Source of the DNA: Gammaproteobacteria bacterium
GTDB lineage: Bacteria; Pseudomonadota; Gammaproteobacteria; GCA-001735895
Assembly (NCBI GenBank): GCA_050295575.1
Contig: JBNKPX010000006.1
Location: forward strand, 1 to 60,999
Direction: 5' to 3'
Length of the DNA: 60,999 bases
Shown here piece by piece: positions 45,024 to 54,608 of the stretch. Each line of letters opens with the position of its first letter. Within the stretch, counting starts at the first letter, position 1. The notes below the pieces were generated by a model. The model saw nothing but the letters and a program-made list of their open reading frames with translations. It was not told the DNA's origin and did not search any database. The position numbers and the translations under genes are program-made.

Positions 45024-46117
45024 AGTATAATAAATCTGTTTTAGCTGACGAGCTACAACGCCACGGAATCACACGGCGTACATTCATGAAATTTTGCAGC
45101 AGTATTGCATCAGCCATGGCCTTGTCGCCGGATGCAGCCGCGCAAATGGCAGAAAAGCTGGCGTATACTCGACGACAATCAGTAATCTGGCTATCGTTTC
45201 AGGAGTGTACCGGCTGTACCGAATCTATTACGCGTTCGCACAAGCCCAGTCTGGAAAATCTGATCTTTGACTTTGTCTCACTGGATTATCACCACACCCT
45301 GCAGGCTGCATCCGGGCATGCGGCAGAAGAAGCTCGTGAAAAGGCGATGCATGAGAATGGCGGTCAATATATTCTGATTGTCGATGGTTCGATCCCACTC
45401 AAGGATGGCGGTGTTTACTCAACTATTGCCGGTATGACCAATCTGGATATGCTGCAACAGGTGGCTAAGGATGCCGCAGCTATCGTTGCGGTTGGCACCT
45501 GTGCAACCTTTGGCGGATTGCCTAAGGCATCACCGAATCCGACCGGTGCCGTTGCCGTGTCTGATATAGTGACCGATAAGCCTCTTATTAATATACCGGG
45601 CTGCCCGCCTATCCCTGTAGTAATGACCGGAGTGCTGGCGCATGTACTGACCTTTGGTATTCCTGAGCTGGATAGCCTGCATAGACCAAAAGCATTTTAC
45701 GGTGATTCTATTCATGATCGTTGCTATCGCAGGCCATTTTATGATCGCGGGCAATTTGCCAAAAGCTTTGATGATGATGGCGCTCGTAAAGGCTGGTGCC
45801 TGTATGAGCTGGGTTGTAAGGGGCCGGTGACACACAATGCCTGTGCAACCGTTAAATGGAACAATGGTACCTCTTTTCCGATTCAGTCAGGACATGGCTG
45901 TATCGGATGTTCTGAGCCTGATTTCTGGGATGCCGGAGGATTTTACAAGGCGCTTTCTACGGGCAGCAATAACCCAGGTAAGTGGGCACAGGGTGCTTTG
46001 GCAGCTGGTGTTGTTGGGGGGCTGGCTTCGGCTTACCTGAATAAAAGTACTAAAACAACCGCTCAGAAAAATGTTCAGCCTGTGACTTTAGAAGATATGG
46101 GAGGCAGTGATGAATGA
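45020..46117 (+). CDS. hynS: [NiFe]-hydrogenase small subunit (Tat-exported)
   Basis: Tat motif TRRTFMK, and Fe-S motifs ECTGC, GTCA, PGCPP, HDRCYR, CLYELGCKGP and HGCIGC. Confidence 0.93.
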   Translation: MKYNKSVLADELQRHGITRRTFMKFCSSIASAMALSPDAAAQMAEKLAYTRRQSVIWLSFQECTGCTESITRSHKPSLENLIFDFVSLDYHHTLQAASGHAAEEAREKAMHENGGQYILIVDGSIPLKDGGVYSTIAGMTNLDMLQQVAKDAAAIVAVGTCATFGGLPKASPNPTGAVAVSDIVTDKPLINIPGCPPIPVVMTGVLAHVLTFGIPELDSLHRPKAFYGDSIHDRCYRRPFYDRGQFAKSFDDDGARKGWCLYELGCKGPVTHNACATVKWNNGTSFPIQSGHGCIGCSEPDFWDAGGFYKALSTGSNNPGKWAQGALAAGVVGGLASAYLNKSTKTTAQKNVQPVTLEDMGGSDE

Positions 46118-46757
46118 AGTTGAATTACTAAATTGGGCTCGCGGCCCTGGGTTGACCTATGCCATCGTATTTATGGTATTTGGACTGACCTTGAGGATTA
46201 TTGAAATCCTTTCTTTGGGGCGGCCAGTAGAGCTGGCTGAAGTGCGATCCAGTGGTGTCAGCGATGGCTGGAAGATGATTTTAAAGCGCTCAATTCCGGA
46301 ACCGAAGAACTGGAAGTTTATTACAGCTTCCTATGTTTTTCATGTGGGGCTATTGGTCGTTATTTTCTTTTTTATTCCCCACACCCAGTTATTTAGAGAT
46401 GTGTTCGGGGTGTTCTGGGGTGGCTGGCCGAGTTACATCATAGACTTCTTTACCGTATTGAGTATTGCGGCCCTTATGTATACCCTGGTTCAGCGCTTTA
46501 CCGATCCTGCACGCAGAATTCTGAGCAAAATGTCTGACTATCTCGCGTGGGTAGTTACCTTTTTACCACTGTTAACCGGCTATATGGCTTTTCATCGTCT
46601 AGGTATGGATTACACCACCATGCTGGCGGTGCACATTCTGTCAGTGGAATTACTGATGGTAGCATTACCCATCAGTAAGCTGACTCATGTGATTACCTTT
46701 ACTATGTCCCGATTTTATACCGGGTCGAATAATGGACGTAGGGGGATTCAGTCATGA
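46107..46757 (+). CDS. isp1: Isp1, NarI-like diheme b membrane subunit
   Basis: Five TM segments with His ligands (FH, PH, VH, KLTH), located between hynS and hynL. Confidence 0.85.
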   Translation: MMNEVELLNWARGPGLTYAIVFMVFGLTLRIIEILSLGRPVELAEVRSSGVSDGWKMILKRSIPEPKNWKFITASYVFHVGLLVVIFFFIPHTQLFRDVFGVFWGGWPSYIIDFFTVLSIAALMYTLVQRFTDPARRILSKMSDYLAWVVTFLPLLTGYMAFHRLGMDYTTMLAVHILSVELLMVALPISKLTHVITFTMSRFYTGSNNGRRGIQS

Positions 46758-48022
46758 GTACATCATTTGAGCAGGGCATTAATACCCTGAAAAAGGTTAT
46801 CGATGCACCAATAGCATCTTATTTCTCCAGTTGCACTAACTGCGGTATCTGTTCTCAGGCCTGTATCTTTTTTACCGAAACACAGGATGCTAAATACACC
46901 CCCATCCGCCGAGTTGAGCCTATGCGTAGAATCTGGGAGCAGGAATATACGGTGGTGGGTAAGCTTAAAAAGCTGATTGGTCTGAGCAAGGCGGTAACTG
47001 AACAGGATTTAAAGGATAACGTCGAGCTGGCTTTTGAAAGCTGTACCACCTGTGGCCGTTGCACCATGATGTGCCCGGTAGGCAATGACATTGTGTATAT
47101 GATACGCAGGATGCGTGAAGGCTTGACCGCTGCCGGGTTGGCACCTCCATCGTTACAGGCTGCGGCGGTACGTACGCTGGAAAAAGGCAGTGTGATGGGA
47201 TTCCCGATGACAACACTGAGCGCCATGGTGATGGCTGCGGAGAAGGAAACCGGTATCGATATCAATATCGACGTACCCGATGTGGATTACCTGTTGCTGT
47301 TATCTTCAGCGGAAGTGATGCAGTTTAATGAGATTATTGGAGCTCTGGCACAGATATTTAAAGAAGCCGGGGTGACCTGGACACTGAGTTCCAAAGCCCA
47401 TGAAGCGGGTAATCCAGGTATGCATATGGGGGCATCAGAAATTGAAGCGATGATGATCAACCGTATAGTCGAAGCTGCGGAAGAGCTAAATATCAAAAAT
47501 GTTATTAGCCCAGAATGCGGTCATGCTTATATGGCGATCCGCTGGGAAGGTCCGAATGTGATTGGGCGTCCTTATCCCTTCAAGGTCTTACATATTATCG
47601 AGGTGCTGGATAAATTACGTTCTGAAGGCAAGTTGAAAACCTCTGGTAGCATGGATGAACGCCTGACCTTTCATGACCCCTGCCAGGCTGCACGCCGCGG
47701 CGGTGTCAACCAGCCACAGCGTAACCTGCTGAATATGGTGACTTCCAACTTTATCGAAATGAAAGACAACCAGGCCTGTAACTGGTGCTGCGGTGGAGGT
47801 GGTGGCATGAACACCATTGAAAAGGCTGAGCCATTGATGCGCCAGGTATTCCATCGTAAGCGTCAGCAGGTCGAAGAGCTTAATGTCACTACAGTGGTCA
47901 CCATGTGCGCGACCTGTCGCAATACGCTGGAAGAAGGCATAGAAGAAAATAATATGAATGTCGAGGTGCTTGGATTAACCGAGCTGGTTGCTAATCACCT
48001 GCTGAAGGAGAAAGAATTATGA
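46754..48022 (+). CDS. isp2: Isp2, heterodisulfide-reductase D/DsrK-like Fe-S protein
   Basis: Two CxxCxxCxxxC motifs and CCG-domain motifs ECGH, FHDPC, CCGGGGG and CATC. Confidence 0.88.
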   Translation: MSTSFEQGINTLKKVIDAPIASYFSSCTNCGICSQACIFFTETQDAKYTPIRRVEPMRRIWEQEYTVVGKLKKLIGLSKAVTEQDLKDNVELAFESCTTCGRCTMMCPVGNDIVYMIRRMREGLTAAGLAPPSLQAAAVRTLEKGSVMGFPMTTLSAMVMAAEKETGIDINIDVPDVDYLLLLSSAEVMQFNEIIGALAQIFKEAGVTWTLSSKAHEAGNPGMHMGASEIEAMMINRIVEAAEELNIKNVISPECGHAYMAIRWEGPNVIGRPYPFKVLHIIEVLDKLRSEGKLKTSGSMDERLTFHDPCQAARRGGVNQPQRNLLNMVTSNFIEMKDNQACNWCCGGGGGMNTIEKAEPLMRQVFHRKRQQVEELNVTTVVTMCATCRNTLEEGIEENNMNVEVLGLTELVANHLLKEKEL

Positions 48023-49755
48023 ATGAACGCATCGTAGTTGATCCAATTACCCGAATAGAAGGTCATTTGCGTATCGAGGCTGAAACCGATGCCAATGGCA
48101 ATATTATTGGCGCCTCCAGTGCAGGAACTATGGTTAGAGGTATTGAAACCATACTCAAAGGTCGCGATCCACGCGATGCCTGGGCTTATGCTCAGCGTAT
48201 CTGTGGTGTTTGTACTCTGGTACATGGCATCGCATCGGTACGCTCAGTAGAAAATGCCCTGAGTTATAAAATCCCCGCCAATGCTCAGTTGATTCGTAAC
48301 CTGATGATTGCTGCGCAGTATGTGCATGATCATGTGATGCATTTTTATCATTTGCACGCACTGGACTGGGTAGATGTGGTTTCAGCATTAAATGCCGATC
48401 CTAAGGCGACTTCGCAACTGGCCCAATCGCTGTCTAAATGGCCTAAGTCTTCACCGGGTTATTTCTCGGATGTGCAAAAGAAGGTAAAACAGTTTGTCGA
48501 CTCCGGGCAGTTAGGCATCTTCGCTAATGGTTACTGGGGGCATCCTGCTTATAAATTGCCTGCAGAAGCGAATTTGATGGCCGTGGCTCATTATCTGGAA
48601 GCGCTCAGCTGGCAGCGTGATGTGGTGCAGATTCATACTATTTTTGGTGGTAAAAATCCGCATCCAAATTTTCTGGTAGGTGGTGCACCTTCACCCATTA
48701 GTGGGGTGGCTGGTGATATGGGCGCTACCGCACTGAACATCCTGGGCTTGCAGGAAATACGCGGTATCATCAATAAGATGATGGATTTTGTGAATAACGT
48801 GTATGTGCCAGATACCATTGCCATTGCTGGTTTTTACAAAGACTGGTTTAAGCGTGGCTCAGGGGTGCGCAACTTCATGACCTTTGGTGATATGCCGGAA
48901 AAAGGCATGGATGATCCATCCAGTTACTTTATTCCGAGCGGAGCTATTCTGGATAGAGACTTATCCAAGATTCATCCGGTAGACCTGAACGATCCTGAAC
49001 AGATTAAGGAATTCATTGCGCATTCGTATTATGACTACTCTTCGGGCAAGGATGTCGGTTTGCATCCCTATGATGGTGAAACCAACCTTAATTACTCCGG
49101 CCCTAAACCACCTTATGATTTTCTGGATATTGAAAATAGTTATTCATGGTTGAAGTCCCCTCGCTGGAAAGGACAGCCTATGGAAGTCGGTCCATTGGCC
49201 AGGGTGTTAATGCTTTATGTAACGGGGCATGAGCCAACTCAGGAATTAGCGGGAGCCGTATTAAAACAGCTTGATGTTCCTCTGGAAGCCATGTTTTCAA
49301 CTCTGGGACGTACTGCGGCGCGTACGCTTGAAACCAAGTTGATCGGTGATCAAATGCATGTGTGGCTGGATAATCTGATCGGAAACATTAAGTCAGGTGA
49401 CCTGAGTGTGCATAACGAAGAGTTTTGGGAGCCATCCAGTTGGCCTTCTGAATGTCGTGGTGTTGGGTTTATGGAGGCGCCTCGTGGTGCGCTGGCGCAC
49501 TGGATTGTGATTAAGGATCAAAAGATTGAAAATTATCAGGCCGTTGTGCCTTCGACCTGGAATGCGGGGCCGCGCGATGCAGAGGGTCAGGATGGGCCTT
49601 ATGAAGCGGCACTGACAGATAATCATCAATTGTTCGATCCTAAACAGCCGGTTGAAATACTGCGCACCATACACAGCTACGATCCCTGTATAGCCTGTGC
49701 AGTGCATGTAACTGATCCTGATGGTGAAGAGCTTATCAAGGTTAAGGTCAGGTAG
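48019..49755 (+). CDS. hynL: [NiFe]-hydrogenase large subunit (Isp-type, group 1e)
   Basis: DPITRIEGH, L1 motif RICGVC, L2 motif DPCIACAVH with a C-terminal cleaved extension. Confidence 0.95.
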   Translation: MNERIVVDPITRIEGHLRIEAETDANGNIIGASSAGTMVRGIETILKGRDPRDAWAYAQRICGVCTLVHGIASVRSVENALSYKIPANAQLIRNLMIAAQYVHDHVMHFYHLHALDWVDVVSALNADPKATSQLAQSLSKWPKSSPGYFSDVQKKVKQFVDSGQLGIFANGYWGHPAYKLPAEANLMAVAHYLEALSWQRDVVQIHTIFGGKNPHPNFLVGGAPSPISGVAGDMGATALNILGLQEIRGIINKMMDFVNNVYVPDTIAIAGFYKDWFKRGSGVRNFMTFGDMPEKGMDDPSSYFIPSGAILDRDLSKIHPVDLNDPEQIKEFIAHSYYDYSSGKDVGLHPYDGETNLNYSGPKPPYDFLDIENSYSWLKSPRWKGQPMEVGPLARVLMLYVTGHEPTQELAGAVLKQLDVPLEAMFSTLGRTAARTLETKLIGDQMHVWLDNLIGNIKSGDLSVHNEEFWEPSSWPSECRGVGFMEAPRGALAHWIVIKDQKIENYQAVVPSTWNAGPRDAEGQDGPYEAALTDNHQLFDPKQPVEILRTIHSYDPCIACAVHVTDPDGEELIKVKVR

Positions 49756-49771
49756 GTTTCAATCCATTTGA

Positions 49772-49791
49772 GTGGCAAAGGGATTTGCCAC
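49772..49791. terminator. Hairpin between convergent genes (GGGA loop)
   Basis: GTGGCAAA-GGGA-TTTGCCAC, without a clear U-tract. Confidence 0.4.
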
Positions 49792-49832
49792 CGGGTTCAA
49801 TGCTATTCATACTATGAGCTGAATAGCTGGCT

Positions 49833-50591
49833 TTAAAAATATAATGCTGCCGCGCTACCGCACAGCGTCATAATGAATAAAAACCATTTAAGATGCTCTG
49901 GTCTGGCCTTGATTGCAAACTTTACCCCGTGATGTGCTCCTAGCATCATAGTTGTAGCCAGAATCAATCCGGGAACCCAGCTCACCTGATCTCGCAAAAT
50001 AAAGATCGCCAGAGCAATACTGGTAAACCCCACGGTGCAGGCTAACTTTAATGCATTGGTTTTTACCAGGTCGTAGCGCAAGGATCCGGCAAGAGCGAGG
50101 ATCAATACAAAACCGACACCAGCCTGTATGAAGCTACCATAAAAGCCGGAGATGAATAAGCTGCCCCAGGATGAAGGTGTTTCGCTGACGAGTTTGGGTG
50201 TCGTACCCGGTTCAGGCAAGATGACCGATGGGCGGATTAGAATAATTAACGACATGGTGACCATGGTCATTAGTAAAACCGGCTTCAGGTAAGTGACCGG
50301 GGCATAAGATGCTGCCAATGCGCCAAGAATGCCACCTATGGATAAAGGGATAAACAGAGCTTTGATGTCATGTAAGGGTAGTTGGCCATGACCGTGAAAG
50401 CTTTTTATACCCCATACTCCCTGCATAAAAATACCGACTCGGTTGGTTGCATTAGCAACATCGGCAGGCATTCCAAGCACCATCAGTGCGGGCAGCGTCA
50501 AATTCGAACCTCCGCCAGCTAAAACATTAATAATGCCGGCGATATAGCCCAATAGCAGAAGGGTTATGATTTGCAGCACACTATAATCCAT
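49833..50591 (-). CDS. TauE/SafE-family (sulfite exporter-like) membrane protein
   Basis: AGIINVLAGGG, ANATNR and GFYGSFIQAGVG, with multiple TM segments. Confidence 0.88.
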   Translation of the reverse strand: MDYSVLQIITLLLLGYIAGIINVLAGGGSNLTLPALMVLGMPADVANATNRVGIFMQGVWGIKSFHGHGQLPLHDIKALFIPLSIGGILGALAASYAPVTYLKPVLLMTMVTMSLIILIRPSVILPEPGTTPKLVSETPSSWGSLFISGFYGSFIQAGVGFVLILALAGSLRYDLVKTNALKLACTVGFTSIALAIFILRDQVSWVPGLILATTMMLGAHHGVKFAIKARPEHLKWFLFIMTLCGSAAALYF

Positions 50592-50609
50592 ACAGCTAAT
50601 TCTCAGTGT

Positions 50610-52031
50610 TTATTTTGGAGGGTGGTTTTTGGCTAGAAAGGTTAAAGCCTTACCACAGGTAGCAACGCTGTGCTTAAACTGATTGAAGAGCTCCTTATTC
50701 AACTCTTTGCTTGAGTTACTATGGTCAACATAGATGATGCCTATTGCCTTGTCGTTGATAAAAAGTGACATAGCAAGAAAATTATTCGTCATGCTGCTGG
50801 CTAGAAAACTTTGCGGGATCATTTTGTGATATTTGGCAAAGGTATTGGCATTGATCCATATCGCCTGGGGTTTGCTCAGCAAGGCCTTCAGCAAGCCGGC
50901 CTTGCTGACTTCTATTTTAAAGTGTCGAAGCGGTGACTCTGGGCTCAGACCGATATTCATCCGGCTTTGCAGGTTTTCTCGATCTTTAGATAGCAGTATC
51001 AGGCTTACCCTGGAAAATCCGAGCTCGTCGTGCAGCCCATGGATGCAGGCGTTGAGGATTTGAGACTGGGTGGTTTTTGGGGTTTTTAATAGAGCCCTGA
51101 TTTCTTTGAGGATATTTTCATACCCAGAGGAGGCAGTATTTTCCAGGTTGAGCTGATCTACTGGTTCGGTTTTTTTTATATCGGGTAGCAGGATGAGCCT
51201 GGCTGCTGCATGCCAGGAGTCTTTTAACAGTGAGTTACGGGCCGCCTGAACAGAGTTTTGATGGATTTCGCTAATAACCCGGTCTAGCGGGAGTCTCAGA
51301 TATTCAGCAAATTGTTGCTGGGTTTGTATCATCTGGTTGCTGTACCAGTCATCCTGGCTGTATTTGCATATCAAAGAGAGGAATTTAATGAGTTGAGCTC
51401 GTTTACCTGTGTCATCTTGAATGGGAATGGCTCTAAGCATAAGGCTGGGTAAGTTGAATTTTTTGACTATGCTCAGAGTAAGTTCATCAAATTTAAATCC
51501 GAAAATCTTCTCCTCGTTGGATTCATTATGCTCTGTGAGGAAATATTTATGGTAGTTGTCAAAGTCATAGCTGCAGCAAAGTAATTCACCGATATAGGCT
51601 AGCAAACCTGCAAGTTTTACGGGCTCTATCTGGGTGTAGCCCGTCAGCCGGGCCCATTTTTCAGTTTGTTCTTCATTGTGAAAGCTGCGGTTTATGATTT
51701 GCTGAAAGAGTAAAAATTGATCGGGTTTTTGAAGTTGCTCCTCGGCCACTGGCGTGTTTTCGAACAGAACGCGGGTGGCATGTTCACCTAATAGTGAAAT
51801 AGCTGATTGCGGCGAGGCAACGGGGTCGCGGTTCGATGTTGAGTTATGGTTTGAATTAACCTTTATTAGCAGCCCTAAAGATAGCCCCGGATCTCGTATT
51901 GCCAGTTGAACCAGATTATGTGCTTGATGTTCATTCTCCAGTAACTCGATAATTTCATAATGATGAACAGCAAGAGCTGGAATCACATGTGAATGCTTTT
52001 GCATCCACAACTGAGCTTTGTCTATGGACAT
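50610..52031 (-). CDS. HDOD-domain protein with C-terminal GAF-like domain
   Basis: RDPGL...VN, AISLLG and LAGLLAYIGEL. C-terminal GFSRVSL...IGIIYVD. Confidence 0.75.
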   Translation of the reverse strand: MSIDKAQLWMQKHSHVIPALAVHHYEIIELLENEHQAHNLVQLAIRDPGLSLGLLIKVNSNHNSTSNRDPVASPQSAISLLGEHATRVLFENTPVAEEQLQKPDQFLLFQQIINRSFHNEEQTEKWARLTGYTQIEPVKLAGLLAYIGELLCCSYDFDNYHKYFLTEHNESNEEKIFGFKFDELTLSIVKKFNLPSLMLRAIPIQDDTGKRAQLIKFLSLICKYSQDDWYSNQMIQTQQQFAEYLRLPLDRVISEIHQNSVQAARNSLLKDSWHAAARLILLPDIKKTEPVDQLNLENTASSGYENILKEIRALLKTPKTTQSQILNACIHGLHDELGFSRVSLILLSKDRENLQSRMNIGLSPESPLRHFKIEVSKAGLLKALLSKPQAIWINANTFAKYHKMIPQSFLASSMTNNFLAMSLFINDKAIGIIYVDHSNSSKELNKELFNQFKHSVATCGKALTFLAKNHPPK

Positions 52032-52073
52032 AAATCAGGGTGTCTTATAGTTATCAGGATAGTTTATCCGGTA

Positions 52074-52646
52074 TTATTCTTCTTCAAACCTTGATGCACC
52101 TAATGCCAGAAGCTGTTTGCCATGAATATGTTTTACCAGTATTTCACGGTCAGCTTCATGGATATGTTCAAAGTCTAACGCTATTTTATAGTGTCCTTGT
52201 TCGTCTTCAGTTGGTTCACAGTGAACAACTCGAGCAAATACGAGTATTTTCTGTTTACCAGGATTAAGCTTCAGGTGTAACTCGAGGATATCTCCTACAT
52301 TGGCTGATTCATCAGATAAAAATGATATCCCCTGTGCGCTCAGGTTCACCCGTTTTTCCAGGGTTGTGAATTTGTCTTCGTCTTCTAATATTTTATCGGT
52401 CAGAATGTCTAGCTGCTCCTGAAGCATTCCAAGATAACGACCGAGCTCAGGCATCTTAATGCTGATTTTTCGTAAGTCAGCACGGTGTTGTTCGAGCTTG
52501 AAATTGAATTCATTTCGCATCGAAGTTTGATGTGGCTCGTTCCAGAAATTTTCAAGTTTTTCTGGAACTTGCTGTTCATCGATAACCTCGGCTTTCATGT
52601 TGACGATATCTTCGATACGGAAAAAGCGTCTTCTTTCCTGTGTCAT
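52074..52646 (-). CDS. PilZ-domain protein
   Basis: c-di-GMP-binding motifs RxxxR (RRFFR) and NLSAQG. Confidence 0.85.
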   Translation of the reverse strand: MTQERRRFFRIEDIVNMKAEVIDEQQVPEKLENFWNEPHQTSMRNEFNFKLEQHRADLRKISIKMPELGRYLGMLQEQLDILTDKILEDEDKFTTLEKRVNLSAQGISFLSDESANVGDILELHLKLNPGKQKILVFARVVHCEPTEDEQGHYKIALDFEHIHEADREILVKHIHGKQLLALGASRFEEE

Positions 52647-52649
52647 AAC

Positions 52650-53549
52650 TTATTGTTCCTGAACAAAATCAACATTATTGGATGGGGACTCTGCAGTGAT
52701 AGGTTCATAATTACCATGCAGTATACTGATTTCTACACGTCGATTTTTCGAGCGGTTTTCCCAGCTGTCATTAGGTACCAGAGGCTGGTTATCTGAGTGC
52801 GCTCGAATTTCCATACGTTCAGGGTCTATGCCCCCAAATTCAATAAAAAAGTGCACCACACTGGCGGCACGTTTGGCTGACAGGTCCCAGTTAGAGCGAA
52901 ACTGGGAAGTATTGATAGGGATGTCATCGGTATGACCAGCGATAATAAAATGGCCATCGCGTTGCTTGAGTACGTTTGCTATTTGCTTCAGAATGGGCGT
53001 GAATTCTGGCTTTAGGTCGGCCTGGCCTGATGCAAAAGAGCCTTTTTCTCGAATTCGAATCAACACTCGGTCATTGAACCCTTCAACTTCGAGTAAGCCA
53101 TTTTCGATGGCATCAGCCATTTCCTTTTTTAATTCCTCGGCTTCTTCCTGGGCCTGTTGTTTGGCTTTTATCTTTGCTAAGGCTTCTGCATCCTCCAGTA
53201 TCTTATCGCTGACTGAAGACGTATCAGTAAACTCCAGATTATTCTTGGTGTCATCGCTGGTTTTTTCGCGCATTATCTCTAATGGCGTGACTTCAGTAGG
53301 CTTGCCAGGGCTGTATTTTTGAGCAATAACGCTGGTGCCTTTTGGGATTTCAGAAGCTTTTACGTCGCGTTGTACACCAAATGCATCTTGCATTGCGCCC
53401 GCGACCTGTTTGTATTTCATGACATCTAATTCTGCGAAAGAAAGCAATAGCACGAAGAAACACATCAACAAAGACATCATGTCGGCAAAGGTGGCCATCC
53501 AGGGGGCCAGGCCGGGGACACAGACTGGACAATCGTTTTCTTCACTCAT
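52650..53549 (-). CDS. pomB: Flagellar stator protein MotB/PomB
   Basis: WMATFADMMSLLMCFFVLL, and OmpA-like GHTD...NWDLS...NRRVEI. Confidence 0.9.
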   Translation of the reverse strand: MSEENDCPVCVPGLAPWMATFADMMSLLMCFFVLLLSFAELDVMKYKQVAGAMQDAFGVQRDVKASEIPKGTSVIAQKYSPGKPTEVTPLEIMREKTSDDTKNNLEFTDTSSVSDKILEDAEALAKIKAKQQAQEEAEELKKEMADAIENGLLEVEGFNDRVLIRIREKGSFASGQADLKPEFTPILKQIANVLKQRDGHFIIAGHTDDIPINTSQFRSNWDLSAKRAASVVHFFIEFGGIDPERMEIRAHSDNQPLVPNDSWENRSKNRRVEISILHGNYEPITAESPSNNVDFVQEQ

Positions 53550-53563
53550 CGAGATAGCCTTGC

Positions 53564-54316
53564 CTATTCTTCTTCTCGCTGACCTTCTGGCAGGAAGGCA
53601 CTCAGCAGTTGTTTCATGACTCGGGGGTTGGTGCCATCCTGAATAGCAGAGATAGACTCCAGTATTAGCGATTTATTCAATTTTTCCGAAGCACTTATCA
53701 GTAATAGCTTTTCTGCCAATGGAGAAGCAAATGCGTTCGCAATAATCGCACCATATAGCGTAGTGAGTAATGCTACCGCCATTGCAGGACCAATTGCAGA
53801 TGGATCGCTCATATTGGACAGCATCTGAACCAGACCTATCAGTGTGCCTATCATACCCAATGCGGGAGCATAAGTAGCCATGGCCTTGAACATATCAGCA
53901 CCTTTGGTATGTCGCTCAATGGTTAGATTGATATCTTTGGATAATAACTTATTGACGATTTCAGGGGAGTGCCCATCAATGCACAACCCTATGCCTCGTT
54001 CTAGAAAAGGATTACTTATTTCACGTCCTTCCAGCGCAAGCAGGCCTTCCTTGCGTGCAATATTGGCCATTTCAACCGCTTCTTCGATGAGATCGGTAGG
54101 GTTGTCTATTTTAAACATGAAGGCTTTCATGCCGACCTTGAAGGAGCCCAGGAAGTCAGCCAGGGTGACGCGCATCAGGGTAACGCCAAATGTCCCGCCA
54201 ACGACTATCAGAATAGACGGTACATTGACAAATAAAATGAAGGGTCCACCCATAGCTATAGCTGAACCTATGATACCGAAAGCCGCAATAATGCCGACTA
54301 GACTTGCAATGTCCAC
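53564..54316 (-). CDS. pomA: Flagellar stator protein PomA/MotA
   Basis: ARKEGLLALE, PALGMIGTLIGLVQML and GPAMAVALLTTLYG. Confidence 0.92.
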   Translation of the reverse strand: MDIASLVGIIAAFGIIGSAIAMGGPFILFVNVPSILIVVGGTFGVTLMRVTLADFLGSFKVGMKAFMFKIDNPTDLIEEAVEMANIARKEGLLALEGREISNPFLERGIGLCIDGHSPEIVNKLLSKDINLTIERHTKGADMFKAMATYAPALGMIGTLIGLVQMLSNMSDPSAIGPAMAVALLTTLYGAIIANAFASPLAEKLLLISASEKLNKSLILESISAIQDGTNPRVMKQLLSAFLPEGQREEE

Positions 54317-54526
54317 TGATTAAGCTCCAACTTGAATATTTCAGGATTAAGGAATAGTTTAGACGATTCTATCGTTTTTTGAATTTTCATCGCATTATGT
54401 TATGGAAGCTGTTTTATTACAATTCTTATGCGATTAAGCCATCCTCTGCTGAAGTTAATGAATTCAGTAGTAAATATGTGATTCGGATCGATTAAGTTAA
54501 AATAGATTAACAGGAAAGAGTTGCAG

Positions 54527-54540
54527 TTGACTTAAGTCAT
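54527..54540 (+). promoter_or_regulatory. FNR-type box upstream of hemN
   Basis: TTGAC-TTAA-GTCAT, with -10 TAAAAT at 54562-54567. Confidence 0.7.
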
Positions 54541-54608
54541 TTGTCAATACGGGCTAGTTTCTAAAATGAGCACTAATTGACTGTTCATGCTAGGAAAACT
54601 TTATCATC

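Noticed and set aside
53880-54323. 147-aa plus-strand ORF and the many other short ORFs nested in or antisense to long genes
   Set aside because: These are shadow frames of well-supported genes (pomA here) with no independent motifs.
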